Source: an uncultured virus (IMG/VR IMGVR_UViG_3300008107_000009)
Lineage: Duplodnaviria > Heunggongvirae > Uroviricota > Caudoviricetes
Strand: one strand, 5' to 3'
Virus record (IMG/VR): IMGVR_UViG_3300008107_000009
Length of the DNA: 64,000 nt
This document shows positions 1-10,672 of the stretch, one piece after another (within the stretch, counting starts at the first letter, position 1; every line of letters begins with the position of its first letter). The notes under the pieces were generated by a model. It saw only the letters and a program-made list of their open reading frames with translations. It did not search any database and was not told where the DNA came from. Both the position numbers and the translations under genes were made by a program.

Positions 1-3000
1 TCATAATATATTTCATCGGGAGCATTTTGAGGAACGATAAAAGTTGCTCCAGTTACACCCGAGTATGTAAATCCTTTCGAATATACATCAGCGCTTTCCC
101 CACTATTTTTAAGAATGGAAAGAACGAAATCCTTTCTTGCAACAACCGAATAAGATGTCCACCAAAGTGGGGAAGAAGTTGGGGTGTTTCCTGTGTTTGA
201 ATTTGCTAATGAGATATAAAGATTTCCCAGATAATCCACCACAGAATTTTCTGAATATGTTGAAGAACCTGAATACGAGGGAACACTATCTTTAACAAAA
301 TTGGTAAAAACAAAGTTATATGTGTTTCCCCTGACTAATCTTATTTTTTTTCGGGTTTTTCCATCGATTGATATTTCATAGCTAGATCCTACACCATAAT
401 AGGGGGATCCTGGTATTTTTTCCGAAATAGAAACATCTATTTGTAAACTAGGAGAAGTTGGTGTATCTCTATCAGAAACTAAGAAATCATTCTTGGTATT
501 TTTAAAATGTATTATTTCTAAAAACTTCGGAGTATATCCACCGCCATATCTAAAAAATTCAGTCACATCATCTTCGGAAACTAAATCATATCCAACATTA
601 ACATTGGAAAAAGATTCAGGTTTATAATTTTCCTCCACAGGAATTAATTTGTTTGTCTGTAAGAAGGATGATGGTTTTATGAATTCTAAAACAAAGGTAT
701 CTGAAGTTACCACTGTGCTTTGAGTTGTGGTATTCCAATAAGATTTTGTATATTTTATGTATGGACTATTATTCAAAAATAGTTTATAGATTTCAGGGAA
801 CGTTATCTTATCAAAAACAGAATCCCAGTAGCTTTGACCTGCTCCTGCTTGATATACTGCTCTCGCAGAAAAAATATTATAAGAGACAGGAACTGGTACA
901 GAAGTAAAACTAGGGGGAGTATATCCCAGATTAGAAAAATCAAAATAATAACCCCCAACATAGCTAATCTCGCTAAAGTTTACGTAATTTTTTCCAGCAC
1001 CAGTAATCCATGGGGTTCTGTACCAATAAGCTCCAGGATCCCCGGATTTCGGAGAAAAAAGAGTAAACGTGTCAAGATAATTAGCAGGCCTGCTTCCTGG
1101 TGAAAAAGAATTTACTGGGGTAGTAGGGGAATAGAATTGAACTTCATTCCTTAAATCTGTATCATAATTTGGATTTGTTGCTATTGCAGCTATACCCGTT
1201 CCGTCCACTGTAGTTGAACTTACTATTGACTGAATTCCAATTGTTGCAAGACTGGAAAAATTCAATCCCGAACTCAACTTAACATAGGAAAGATCTGAAT
1301 TAAGCAGACCAGCTGGACTTGATGTTATTCTAGAATACTCATCAGTTCCTGATCCTCCCGTTACCTTATGTCTTAATTTATTAGAAAGAGAATATAGACC
1401 AAAATAATCCGCACCTCCGTGTATTCCAGTAGGATTAAAATACCAGGATCCAGTTGAATTTGATTGAGATACATCTGCTGGACCTGATGCCAAATATAGA
1501 ATATCTTTTAACTTTTCAGGATCTACAAATCTAACATCAGATACTATCAAGGTAATTATGAATGTGACAGTTTTAAATTCTTCGTTCTGATGTACTTGAA
1601 ATGTCACTGGAGAGGTTACTCCATAAGGATCCGGATCCTCTACAGCTCTTAAAATACATGAGAATTTGTAATCATTAAATTTCTGATCACCAGTTTTAAA
1701 CAAATTAGTTTCTCTGGTTTGGATAGAAGCTTCAGTTCTTTCCTTGATTCTTACTTTTACCCCTCTGTAGAGGGTTTCGGAAAATCCTGAAGAATTATCA
1801 TATGTAAACCATGTATATCTTTGCTCTATTGGTTTTGATTCAACAGAACTAAATCTAACATTATCAAGATCGTAGAAATCTTTCCCGTCTACAGTAAAAT
1901 AATTTAAGAAATAATCCTCGCTAGCAGGATCTGCGTTTTGAACAGAGGATAAAGAAAATGAACCTGCACAATAATTGGAAGAAGACTTTATCAGGTTTGA
2001 AGTAGCTGATATTGGAGGGGTTTCCAATACATACCATTCATTTGTAAAATATAAAGGATCTCTACCTGGACTGAAAAATCCAGGGGAAAAATTTAATGGT
2101 GTAAAAGCGGAACTGGAATTTAATCTATAATCATTCCCTCTTACATCAGTTCCACCCTCGTAAACCCATTTGGTAATGTATGGTGTTACCCTCGATCTTG
2201 TAACCAGTGATCTAAGATAATTTTCTTTTAAAACGTCATACTCATTATCAACCTTACCAAAATTCATTTGATCCCTTTTTGAAGAGATCTGAGATGCTTC
2301 GTCAAGATATTTAATTTCTTGCAATCCTGCAAAACCGGGAAATCTATCTAAATCTGGAAGAGGATCATTGAAACCAAAAAACCTAGCCTGATTAAGATCT
2401 TTAACATACATCAAAGGAACAACATTTGCTTTCCCTGAATTATTACCGGAAATTAAGCTGTAATTAGAAGCAGTTCCTCCTCTAAATATGTAACTGCCAG
2501 TTGGACCGTATGTGCTTCCCATATAAGAAACAGTTGATCCATTAGCAACCGCATAATCAATTCCTTCGTAAATCGGGGTTATTCCGTCAGGTTGAACATC
2601 AATATATCTATAGTATTCTTCTGTCGGGGTTTTTCCGTATGTGCTACTCCAGAAGTCCACATCAAGATCTTTCGTTGGATAGAAAGAAAATACCCCAGTC
2701 TCAATATCTACTAATTCTTCAGTTATAATAGTTCCAAGGGATCCCCTTAAAACTGTATGGGTGTTATCCTGGATTTCAACTATCGAGTGTGTTAAATAAT
2801 CTTTTATGGTATTGTATTGAAGCTCTGAATCACTATAGTCAACACACTTCCCTATAAACTTAACTTTTGAAAGGCCGAAGTTCGTCTTAATGTAACTTCT
2901 ATCAACTGAAAGTTTATAGGCGTCCTCGTTTTTAATTTTAATCCTTGTATTGGAATACTTAGAACCCCCGATAAATTTTAAATCCGTGGTTAGATCGTTT

Positions 3001-4928
3001 ACATCTATATCATTAAAGAAAATCTTTCCCCTTCTGTCGAAGGAAAGTTTATTATAGTAATCCCTATACGAGAATAAAGAAAAAAGATTGTTGTTAGTTT
3101 CATCCGAACCTGAAGTTCTTATAATAACTTCATTTCCTATTGCAAATGCTCTATATGATTTATAATTTACACTATTTAAAACCCCTGCTATTGCTTCAGC
3201 AATTTGTGATTTGGTTCCAAATGGATGAAAATAATAAACTCCCCCTTCATCAGTAAAACTTCCAGGTCCCCATCCTCCTCTGACATATGTTAATTCTGAT
3301 GCTACAAAATAATCAAATCTTCTGTTCCCGATTTGGTTAACTCCAAAAGGATGGTACAAAACTATAGCGTCATTTGGTAGCAATTGACCATCAATTTTAA
3401 TAACGGAATATGACCTACCAGTTTCTTCTGAAATTTCTCCCTTATATTCTTTTGTTTTCAATGAATTTGGCCCAGAAAAAACAGAGAGGTCAACAAGTTT
3501 ATTACTAATTATTAATAAATCGTTTTGAGTGGTTCCTGTTCCCCATTTATCAGAATTGGTTGCATCCGTTGAATAATTTTTTATCTGCTTATATGAATAA
3601 AAATTTCTATTCTTATCTTTGATATAAAAAGATTTCAATCTTTCGTTTGTGTGAACATCGTCTGATGTAGGAACGTAACCCCATATAGAATCAGGATCAA
3701 CGAAAAGTCTTAATCCATTATCATTCTGCTGATAATAAGAAGATGTCATTTTATCAGATATCTGATAAGGTGACTTTGGCTCCGGAAAATTATTAACAGA
3801 TGCGGAATTATTAAAAAATAAATCCGCTGATAATCTAAACGTACCCGTTTTTATATCATCGACGTAAAATCCATAATATCTATTGATACTGTATAGGTCT
3901 GCATCAGGATCATTAAAAAGAAACTCTAGATTTAATATACTATGGGAAATAACCCCATTTCTTTTAAATCCATCAGTTATTAGTTCATCAGTTTCAATAA
4001 TGGGTGCATCAGCAGAAAAAACAGAATTTAGATACTCTCCCTTTTTACAGAAAACCCCGTCCTTTATAGAGACCCCATTGTATGTAGTTAGGGAATCTTT
4101 CTCAAATTTAACATCGATTAATGACTGGGTATAGTTTATATTAGACCTTATTTTAGAAAGATATTTTCCCAATTTAGAATCTTCCTGCAATGAATATGTT
4201 GCAACTATTCTGGACTTTGGTAAGATGTTTTCTATAAAATGGTCCTGCTCATCACCTATGAATTGTATGTTATAATTTGAATCCAAAAGGATGACATCGC
4301 CTTGACCCTGAACTAAATCAAACCCAGTAGAACTAGCAACAAAAATCTCCCCGGAGGAATATTCCGTACCGCTAGATTTTATTTTATATGGAAGATAAGA
4401 ATTAGAGTTTTTATCAAGTCCATATTTTTCAACTACCTTATAGGTTTTTCCAACTGTTAAAGATGTAACCGGTATTAGATATGAAAAATCTATCGGATCG
4501 GTTATTCTAAATATTACAAAATACTTAGGCAAATCCCTCTGTACTCTGATTGGAGCAAGGAATGAAAATTCTTCCTCGTATAGATTAGATATTAAGGGGT
4601 TCGCTCCTGCGTGATAAAATCCATCAAATTGATCGCTTAATGTGGAGGTATAAGTATCTTTTGGGCTTTTTTCGTTTTTTAGACCAAAAACAAAATCCCC
4701 GGGGGTTTTTCCTTCATCAAAGAAATTATAAACATCCTGAGCAAAATCTCCATCGGGGGATATTCTATATCCTTTGTATTGGTTTTTAGACATTTCATCA
4801 TTTGAATCTATAGAATTAAACCATAGATTTCCTGATGAATCAACGCTGATCTTCAGGTTACCAGAAATCCTAGGATTAGATCTAAGTACCCCGAACGATG
4901 ACTTATATTTTCCTTTTTTTGTAGCCAT
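1..4928 (-). CDS. Large putative virion structural protein (>1640 aa, runs off left edge); C-terminal part has a CBM5/12-like module
   Basis: Not in the ORF track because it has no stop in the window. Read manually from ATG at 4928 (MATKKGKYKSSFGVLRSNPRISGNLK...) and open to the edge (...VPQNAPDEIYY). Starts 6 nt after the stop of the 1177-aa gene. Confidence 0.8.
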   Translation of the reverse strand, partial: MATKKGKYKSSFGVLRSNPRISGNLKISVDSSGNLWFNSIDSNDEMSKNQYKGYRISPDGDFAQDVYNFFDEGKTPGDFVFGLKNEKSPKDTYTSTLSDQFDGFYHAGANPLISNLYEEEFSFLAPIRVQRDLPKYFVIFRITDPIDFSYLIPVTSLTVGKTYKVVEKYGLDKNSNSYLPYKIKSSGTEYSSGEIFVASSTGFDLVQGQGDVILLDSNYNIQFIGDEQDHFIENILPKSRIVATYSLQEDSKLGKYLSKIRSNINYTQSLIDVKFEKDSLTTYNGVSIKDGVFCKKGEYLNSVFSADAPIIETDELITDGFKRNGVISHSILNLEFLFNDPDADLYSINRYYGFYVDDIKTGTFRLSADLFFNNSASVNNFPEPKSPYQISDKMTSSYYQQNDNGLRLFVDPDSIWGYVPTSDDVHTNERLKSFYIKDKNRNFYSYKQIKNYSTDATNSDKWGTGTTQNDLLIISNKLVDLSVFSGPNSLKTKEYKGEISEETGRSYSVIKIDGQLLPNDAIVLYHPFGVNQIGNRRFDYFVASELTYVRGGWGPGSFTDEGGVYYFHPFGTKSQIAEAIAGVLNSVNYKSYRAFAIGNEVIIRTSGSDETNNNLFSLFSYRDYYNKLSFDRRGKIFFNDIDVNDLTTDLKFIGGSKYSNTRIKIKNEDAYKLSVDRSYIKTNFGLSKVKFIGKCVDYSDSELQYNTIKDYLTHSIVEIQDNTHTVLRGSLGTIITEELVDIETGVFSFYPTKDLDVDFWSSTYGKTPTEEYYRYIDVQPDGITPIYEGIDYAVANGSTVSYMGSTYGPTGSYIFRGGTASNYSLISGNNSGKANVVPLMYVKDLNQARFFGFNDPLPDLDRFPGFAGLQEIKYLDEASQISSKRDQMNFGKVDNEYDVLKENYLRSLVTRSRVTPYITKWVYEGGTDVRGNDYRLNSSSAFTPLNFSPGFFSPGRDPLYFTNEWYVLETPPISATSNLIKSSSNYCAGSFSLSSVQNADPASEDYFLNYFTVDGKDFYDLDNVRFSSVESKPIEQRYTWFTYDNSSGFSETLYRGVKVRIKERTEASIQTRETNLFKTGDQKFNDYKFSCILRAVEDPDPYGVTSPVTFQVHQNEEFKTVTFIITLIVSDVRFVDPEKLKDILYLASGPADVSQSNSTGSWYFNPTGIHGGADYFGLYSLSNKLRHKVTGGSGTDEYSRITSSPAGLLNSDLSYVKLSSGLNFSSLATIGIQSIVSSTTVDGTGIAAIATNPNYDTDLRNEVQFYSPTTPVNSFSPGSRPANYLDTFTLFSPKSGDPGAYWYRTPWITGAGKNYVNFSEISYVGGYYFDFSNLGYTPPSFTSVPVPVSYNIFSARAVYQAGAGQSYWDSVFDKITFPEIYKLFLNNSPYIKYTKSYWNTTTQSTVVTSDTFVLEFIKPSSFLQTNKLIPVEENYKPESFSNVNVGYDLVSEDDVTEFFRYGGGYTPKFLEIIHFKNTKNDFLVSDRDTPTSPSLQIDVSISEKIPGSPYYGVGSSYEISIDGKTRKKIRLVRGNTYNFVFTNFVKDSVPSYSGSSTYSENSVVDYLGNLYISLANSNTGNTPTSSPLWWTSYSVVARKDFVLSILKNSGESADVYSKGFTYSGVTGATFIVPQNAPDEIYY

Positions 4929-4934
4929 TTATAG

Positions 4935-7900
4935 TTATGCCTCGATGAGTCTTCTTATTCCTAGTCTGTCTCTAAAACTTGAATATGTTGGAGAAGCTAA
5001 TGCTGATTTAGTATAGCTTCCTGAGACTGACAAGTCAAAAGAAAATAACTCTTCATTATTTACTTTTATATCTATCCCTATCTTTTTAGTGTAGGTAATA
5101 TTTCTTATCGCTCCGCTATTTCTAAATCCTCCTATATAGCCAAGTTTATCCTGACATCTCATTTGGAATAAGACGGGTATAACTATAGAATTTTCTTCAC
5201 CAGAAGAAAGCGTTTTTGTTGCTAGAGTTGTTGAACCCTCAACTTGGATCGTAGAGTGACTTGAAGGAGACATAAATAGATATGATCCGCAAGAATATTT
5301 TCCGACCAAATATTCATCATCTGAACTAAATCCTAGCTTTTCTGGATATGAGGTATTTGCACCAGTAGCTCCATAAGAGTTTGTAGCAATCTGGTTATAA
5401 GAAAGCTGCTGATAATTTTTGGTCTGGTTTGTTACTGTATTAACAAACAATGTATCGGTAGAAGAAGCTTCAAATCCTAGTGAATGTCTAAAAGATGGGT
5501 AATTAAATCCACTGGTTCCTTGTATTGGACGAATTAAATTCTCAAAACTTTTAGATGTTGTTGTAGCTTCATTCACGATTGTAGGATGCGAAATATGAAC
5601 GCAAAACTCATTTAACTTTCCGTTTCCAACAGGAGATCCGGATGCATAAGATCCGTTCCAAATATTAGCATTAGCTGTTCCAGGAGTGGAAGTACCTCCG
5701 GGCTTAAACGGAATTAAACTTCCTCCATCTACCGGAACACCACTAACCCCGCTTTCAGAATTCCAAGTTAATCCTGTTTTTGGAGTGAAATATAAATCAT
5801 CATCAAATCCTACCGATTTAAATCTAGGATAAATGAATTGAGAATTTGCATTCGCAGATTGGAAAGGAGATGCGTGAATATAAGAATTTCTTCCTGTTAG
5901 GTTTGGTCTTACATCAAGGGGTTTTATGCTTGTTAAAGAAATAGGAGATAAATCATATTTTCTGTTAGTAGCATAATCCGGAGTTGCAGTAGTACTAGTG
6001 TTATCAAGAGACATAACATTTTGACCTCCTGGAATAATAGATGCAAGCTCTAATGGTGAAGCAGTTTCATTTCTAAGTTCTATAGAATACAGAACAGAAA
6101 CTATTTTTCCATAATTTGAAAAGTTAGTTAAATCTATTAGCTCGTCATAATATCCAGCAAATAGTTCAACAACTGATCCTCTATTAACTTTTATTAGATC
6201 GCTTCCGCTCTTAATATAAACAGTAAGTACTCCTTTAGCTACAGATATTAATGCTTTTAATGAAGCTATCTCTTTATCCATAGCTAATATTTTTTGATAT
6301 AAATCCAGAGATCTTCCTGTACTATCAAAAAATCCTGAAGATATGGTATCAGCTACGTGGGCAAAATATTTATCTCCACTATTAAATGCTGTTGATAGAT
6401 GCGAATCTAATCCTCTAGAAGTTAAATCCTGCTGAAGGGAAACTAAAACCTGGTCATTCGAGTTTTGTGTAACATACTGTTCGTTAGTGTTTCCGACAGA
6501 AAGCTCTTCTGGAAAATCTATTATAACAGATCCAGAAAAATCAGATTCTAAAGGATTCATAGGCCAGCCAGCTTCAGAAATAGATGATACCTTAATTTCA
6601 ACTTTTTCTCCAGATGTTACAGGAATATCTATTTGATTAATGTTAGGAAGATCAGCATCTTGAACATCTTCGTCTTTCCAGAAATATTTTTTAGTTACAG
6701 AGTCATAGGACTTTTTTCTAATATCTGTTTTATACTCTATCCAGTTACTGTACGTTGCTCTTCTTTCAGTTCCGTCGTTATCCGAAAATTTAATCTCTTC
6801 CGCATTAGTAGCGTTACCCTGCTTAGTTAAATATCTGTATCTTACTCTGAATTGTATAACACTTTGAGATCCTGATTTTCCATCCTCTATTGGGGAAGGA
6901 ATTGGCCAAAATCCTCTTACTCTATATTTAGGAGCTTCTGTAACTTCTGGTGCAGCACTAGAAAGATTATTTAGATCCTGTATCACAGTTTGTAACAAAG
7001 AGGTCTTAGTAGATTTTTCTCTAGTTAAACTGTCAATTTTTGCTATTAAACTTTCTCTAGATGATGCAGTAGATTTTGTGACTGATGTTATAGTTAAATC
7101 TGCAAGCTCACTTCTTGTTTGATCTATAGATTTATTAATTGCATCAATTTCGTTTTGAAGCTTAACCTTATTTTGAACCGCTGCAGCAAATTTTTCAGAT
7201 GTTGTAGACTGAGTGATCTGCTTGTTAATTTGTACAACTTTAAAATTAGAAGAATTAAGTACTGGAACATTTGGGACTAAACCATATACCGAAGGTATTA
7301 CCTTTTCTTTGGTGTTAGATAAAAATTGAGACCCGAAATCTGCAACTTGAGTTTTATAAAACTCATCAAGTGTCATGTTTCCGTTTGAAGTTCCGATAAT
7401 CATTTCATTGGAATAAAAAATAACGCCGTTACTATACGTAGAACCGGTAACATGGTGATTATCGTTAATGGCTTTAATAAAAACCCCCTGTCTTTCATCG
7501 TGTCCAATGTTAACATTAACTTGAAGGGGTGAAAGTATATCAGAAGATAGGGTTAGTGCACCCTCACCAATTGGAACTGGATCATATCCGCTAATTCTTT
7601 TTAATACAACGGTTAATTCAGAAAGATCTATGGAAGTAACCTCTAGCTTACTTCCTCCTTTAGTCATTAATTGATCCCCTACTTTAATTTGTCGGTCAGA
7701 ATTTAATCCAGATGAAATTAGATCCTTGTATGTGATAGTATCTAATTTATATTTCCTTACAGTTTGATTAACAACTTGTCCACCAATTGTCACAGGAACT
7801 ATCGTATCAAATACTCTTAAAACAGCAAAGTTTCCCTTGTATCTAATTACCCTAAGAGGTAAGTCTTCTGGGGATTCGTCTATAGTGTAAGTTATTCCCT

Positions 7901-8468
7901 CCCCGGTAAGAGCACTCATTAAATCAGAGTCACTGATATCATTTCTACCCTTTAAATTGGTATCGAACCAATTTTTTTGGGCGTCAGTAAAAGTATTTGC
8001 TATAATTCTTTTTACAAAAACTCTTTTCGTTTCAGAATCAACCTGTCCATCCAGATTGAAAGATACAAATAGAAGGGGATTTAAAAAGCTTTCAAAAAAA
8101 TGATTGCTTCTAAATTTAAAATTAGAGGGAACCTGCAAATTAGCAGGGGCTATAGGATCTAATAGAGGTTTAGCTTCGTAAATTCTAGAAACAGTCCCGT
8201 CTGCATTTCTAACATTTGCATCACCGTCTTCTAATCCACTTAATCTTTTAATATTAGAATCTAATCTCTTAATTTCGTTTATAATATAACCCCAAGAAGG
8301 AATCGAGATCGTACTAGCATTATTATTTTCATCAATAAATTCAACGCTGACAATATCTTCTTTCGAAGTTGTAGCGTTACTCAACTTATTGATAATTTCT
8401 AAAGAGTTTTTTTGAAGTCTTAGAAATTGAGCTAGTAGTGAACTTATTGAATTTTTAGTACCTGCCAT
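4935..8468 (-). CDS. Putative virion structural protein, 1177 aa, beta-rich with a central coiled coil
   Basis: Long ORF tightly packed with its neighbours in the structural module; heptad segment KVKLQNEIDAINKSIDQTRSELADL. No family recognised. Confidence 0.6.
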   Translation of the reverse strand: MAGTKNSISSLLAQFLRLQKNSLEIINKLSNATTSKEDIVSVEFIDENNNASTISIPSWGYIINEIKRLDSNIKRLSGLEDGDANVRNADGTVSRIYEAKPLLDPIAPANLQVPSNFKFRSNHFFESFLNPLLFVSFNLDGQVDSETKRVFVKRIIANTFTDAQKNWFDTNLKGRNDISDSDLMSALTGEGITYTIDESPEDLPLRVIRYKGNFAVLRVFDTIVPVTIGGQVVNQTVRKYKLDTITYKDLISSGLNSDRQIKVGDQLMTKGGSKLEVTSIDLSELTVVLKRISGYDPVPIGEGALTLSSDILSPLQVNVNIGHDERQGVFIKAINDNHHVTGSTYSNGVIFYSNEMIIGTSNGNMTLDEFYKTQVADFGSQFLSNTKEKVIPSVYGLVPNVPVLNSSNFKVVQINKQITQSTTSEKFAAAVQNKVKLQNEIDAINKSIDQTRSELADLTITSVTKSTASSRESLIAKIDSLTREKSTKTSLLQTVIQDLNNLSSAAPEVTEAPKYRVRGFWPIPSPIEDGKSGSQSVIQFRVRYRYLTKQGNATNAEEIKFSDNDGTERRATYSNWIEYKTDIRKKSYDSVTKKYFWKDEDVQDADLPNINQIDIPVTSGEKVEIKVSSISEAGWPMNPLESDFSGSVIIDFPEELSVGNTNEQYVTQNSNDQVLVSLQQDLTSRGLDSHLSTAFNSGDKYFAHVADTISSGFFDSTGRSLDLYQKILAMDKEIASLKALISVAKGVLTVYIKSGSDLIKVNRGSVVELFAGYYDELIDLTNFSNYGKIVSVLYSIELRNETASPLELASIIPGGQNVMSLDNTSTTATPDYATNRKYDLSPISLTSIKPLDVRPNLTGRNSYIHASPFQSANANSQFIYPRFKSVGFDDDLYFTPKTGLTWNSESGVSGVPVDGGSLIPFKPGGTSTPGTANANIWNGSYASGSPVGNGKLNEFCVHISHPTIVNEATTTSKSFENLIRPIQGTSGFNYPSFRHSLGFEASSTDTLFVNTVTNQTKNYQQLSYNQIATNSYGATGANTSYPEKLGFSSDDEYLVGKYSCGSYLFMSPSSHSTIQVEGSTTLATKTLSSGEENSIVIPVLFQMRCQDKLGYIGGFRNSGAIRNITYTKKIGIDIKVNNEELFSFDLSVSGSYTKSALASPTYSSFRDRLGIRRLIEA

Positions 8469-8469
8469 T

Positions 8470-10653
8470 TTATCTTATTTGATCTATTTCAAAAACTAAG
8501 TTTTTCTCGTCAACACAAACTATATCGAATATAGGTTTATTGTCTGATGAATTAAAACTTGTTTGGGTGAATCCTCCAATTAATATTCCATAAGGAATTC
8601 CCCCTGGTGCACTAAGAGGATAAGAGCCTTTTGCATCAGTGTATATTAGAAGATTATTTCCATTTAAAACCAATTTGTCATCAAAGACAATTCTAAATGA
8701 TTGTCCCTTTTTCCAGTGACTGTTAGTGTCATCAATTTTAAATACCAGATCGTTATTTAAATTTATAGTTAGTCCAAAATTCTTATGCTTATAATAGTTA
8801 TTAAAAGGATTAAGAACTAATGTGTTACCGTTAGTTGGGTTTATGGTAAAATTATACCCATTTTCCTCAGGTAAAGAATATCCCTGAACTGAATTGTTTA
8901 AAACCAATCTATTGGGTGTAGATCTATCTACATTTATTCCCGTTCCGCTTTTAATTAGATCCAGATCATAAGAAAGCTTGATGTTGGTAGTCCCGTTTAG
9001 AATATTTTGAACCATTAAGTAATTTCTTTCAATTAATCCTAGGATATCCTGTGTATTTTTAAATAATGATTGATTAGCTACCATTGCATCTTCTAGAGCT
9101 TTAATCCTTGCAGAAAGAGATGTATTGTCATCCATAGTGACAACTAAATCTTCAAGCGTTGTAACTCTGGTATTCATTGAAATGATCTCTGTTGTTTGAT
9201 CATTTAAAGCTTTAGATGCATCCTGTAAAACATTTACAGCATCCATAAACATGGAAAGGGAGAAAGAAGAATAGTCATTTACTGCTAATTCTACTCCTGT
9301 ATTATCAACATCAGTATCAAACTTAATGTTAATTTTAAGGCCATACGAATTACCATTTAGTTTGGTAATAGGATCCGGCTTGTACTTTTTGAACGTTGGA
9401 ATTTTACCAGCAGAGTTGGAAATAGGTTCTACATCTTCTAAAAATAAAATTCCATATAAATTAGTTTCAGCATCGACAGGATTATTAGGATCGTATACAT
9501 CATAATAAATTAAAACAGCATTAAAATCAAAAGAACCTGAATCTGAAACAGAATTGAATTCTTCTATAGTTGATATAGAAGGATTGTCGATAATAGGTTT
9601 ATAGTTATCAGGATTAAAGTCTAATTGAATACCATCAAGATTAGATCTTCTATAATTTGTCTGGTATGTCCCATTTTTTAAATACTTCGTAATTCTATTA
9701 GTATCTGAATCAAAGAATGATGATTCGGTGTAATAAGAGTTTGCAGTATTTCTTGGATAGTACCATTGATTAGTAAAGGTTGCTCCAGTAGCAGACGTTC
9801 CAGTTATTCCAGGTTGACCTAAAACATCCTGATCATAAATGGCAAAAGTTGGAAGAGTATTAGGACCGTAATTTCCGTCATTATGACTTCTTCCTTGAAG
9901 ATATTCTGTATCTAAAGGATCGGTTGGTTTGTGTGTTAATATTTGTCCAGGATAATAATTCTGATCCGCAGTTGTTTTAAACATTACAAGAGGTGTGTGA
10001 CCATCCTCAGTTGGAACATGAATGTAAACTTCAGAGTATGAATTATTTTTATGCTGTACAGAGTTTACAATATCACATTCTCCAATATACTTAACTATTC
10101 TAGAATATCTAGGTTTAACTGATCCGTTTCCTATGGAATAGTCATCTTCCTCTACCCATCTTTTGTCAGAAAAAGGAAATCCCCCTGATAATCCAGTTGC
10201 GTTCTGATTTAATCCAGGAGCTACTTCATTAGAGTTAGCTGGTCTAAATCTAACAGCTCCAAGCTCTTTCATCCATTTCCAAAATACTCTTTCAGAAACG
10301 TTTCTTTTCAGTGTTGGATTATAATTCTCATCAGACAATAATCTTGACTCTAGGTTAAGACAATAGTTTTGAAAAGACACCTCCAAATTAGGACTTAAAT
10401 TATTTGGATCGACCAAATCAAAACTTCCCTCCGCAACATCTAGAAAAGAAGAATCTACAGTATCAAATTGGATAGAATTCTCTCCATATAAAGGATCTCT
10501 AAATTCAGGGATGTTTAACAGTACATACTTAGAAAATCTAAACTTATTAACAGTGTTGTTAAAAGTAAGGGCAAGATCTTCCGCCGCAGAGCTAAATGTG
10601 TAAAATGTTCCGCCCTGTGTCTGAAGAGGTCTAATAAATGGAGTTTTTGCCAT
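8470..10653 (-). CDS. Putative virion structural protein, 727 aa
   Basis: Long ORF; coiled-coil segment MNTRVTTLEDLV...LSARIKALEDAM as seen in trimeric fibre/baseplate proteins; structural context. Confidence 0.6.
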   Translation of the reverse strand: MAKTPFIRPLQTQGGTFYTFSSAAEDLALTFNNTVNKFRFSKYVLLNIPEFRDPLYGENSIQFDTVDSSFLDVAEGSFDLVDPNNLSPNLEVSFQNYCLNLESRLLSDENYNPTLKRNVSERVFWKWMKELGAVRFRPANSNEVAPGLNQNATGLSGGFPFSDKRWVEEDDYSIGNGSVKPRYSRIVKYIGECDIVNSVQHKNNSYSEVYIHVPTEDGHTPLVMFKTTADQNYYPGQILTHKPTDPLDTEYLQGRSHNDGNYGPNTLPTFAIYDQDVLGQPGITGTSATGATFTNQWYYPRNTANSYYTESSFFDSDTNRITKYLKNGTYQTNYRRSNLDGIQLDFNPDNYKPIIDNPSISTIEEFNSVSDSGSFDFNAVLIYYDVYDPNNPVDAETNLYGILFLEDVEPISNSAGKIPTFKKYKPDPITKLNGNSYGLKINIKFDTDVDNTGVELAVNDYSSFSLSMFMDAVNVLQDASKALNDQTTEIISMNTRVTTLEDLVVTMDDNTSLSARIKALEDAMVANQSLFKNTQDILGLIERNYLMVQNILNGTTNIKLSYDLDLIKSGTGINVDRSTPNRLVLNNSVQGYSLPEENGYNFTINPTNGNTLVLNPFNNYYKHKNFGLTINLNNDLVFKIDDTNSHWKKGQSFRIVFDDKLVLNGNNLLIYTDAKGSYPLSAPGGIPYGILIGGFTQTSFNSSDNKPIFDIVCVDEKNLVFEIDQIR

Positions 10654-10672
10654 CCAGCTTTATAATTTATTT

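Noticed and set aside
725..4134. Small plus-strand ORFs at the left end suggesting a gene-poor region
   Set aside because: The region is occupied by one continuous minus-strand ORF starting at 4928 that the track omitted because it has no stop in the window.
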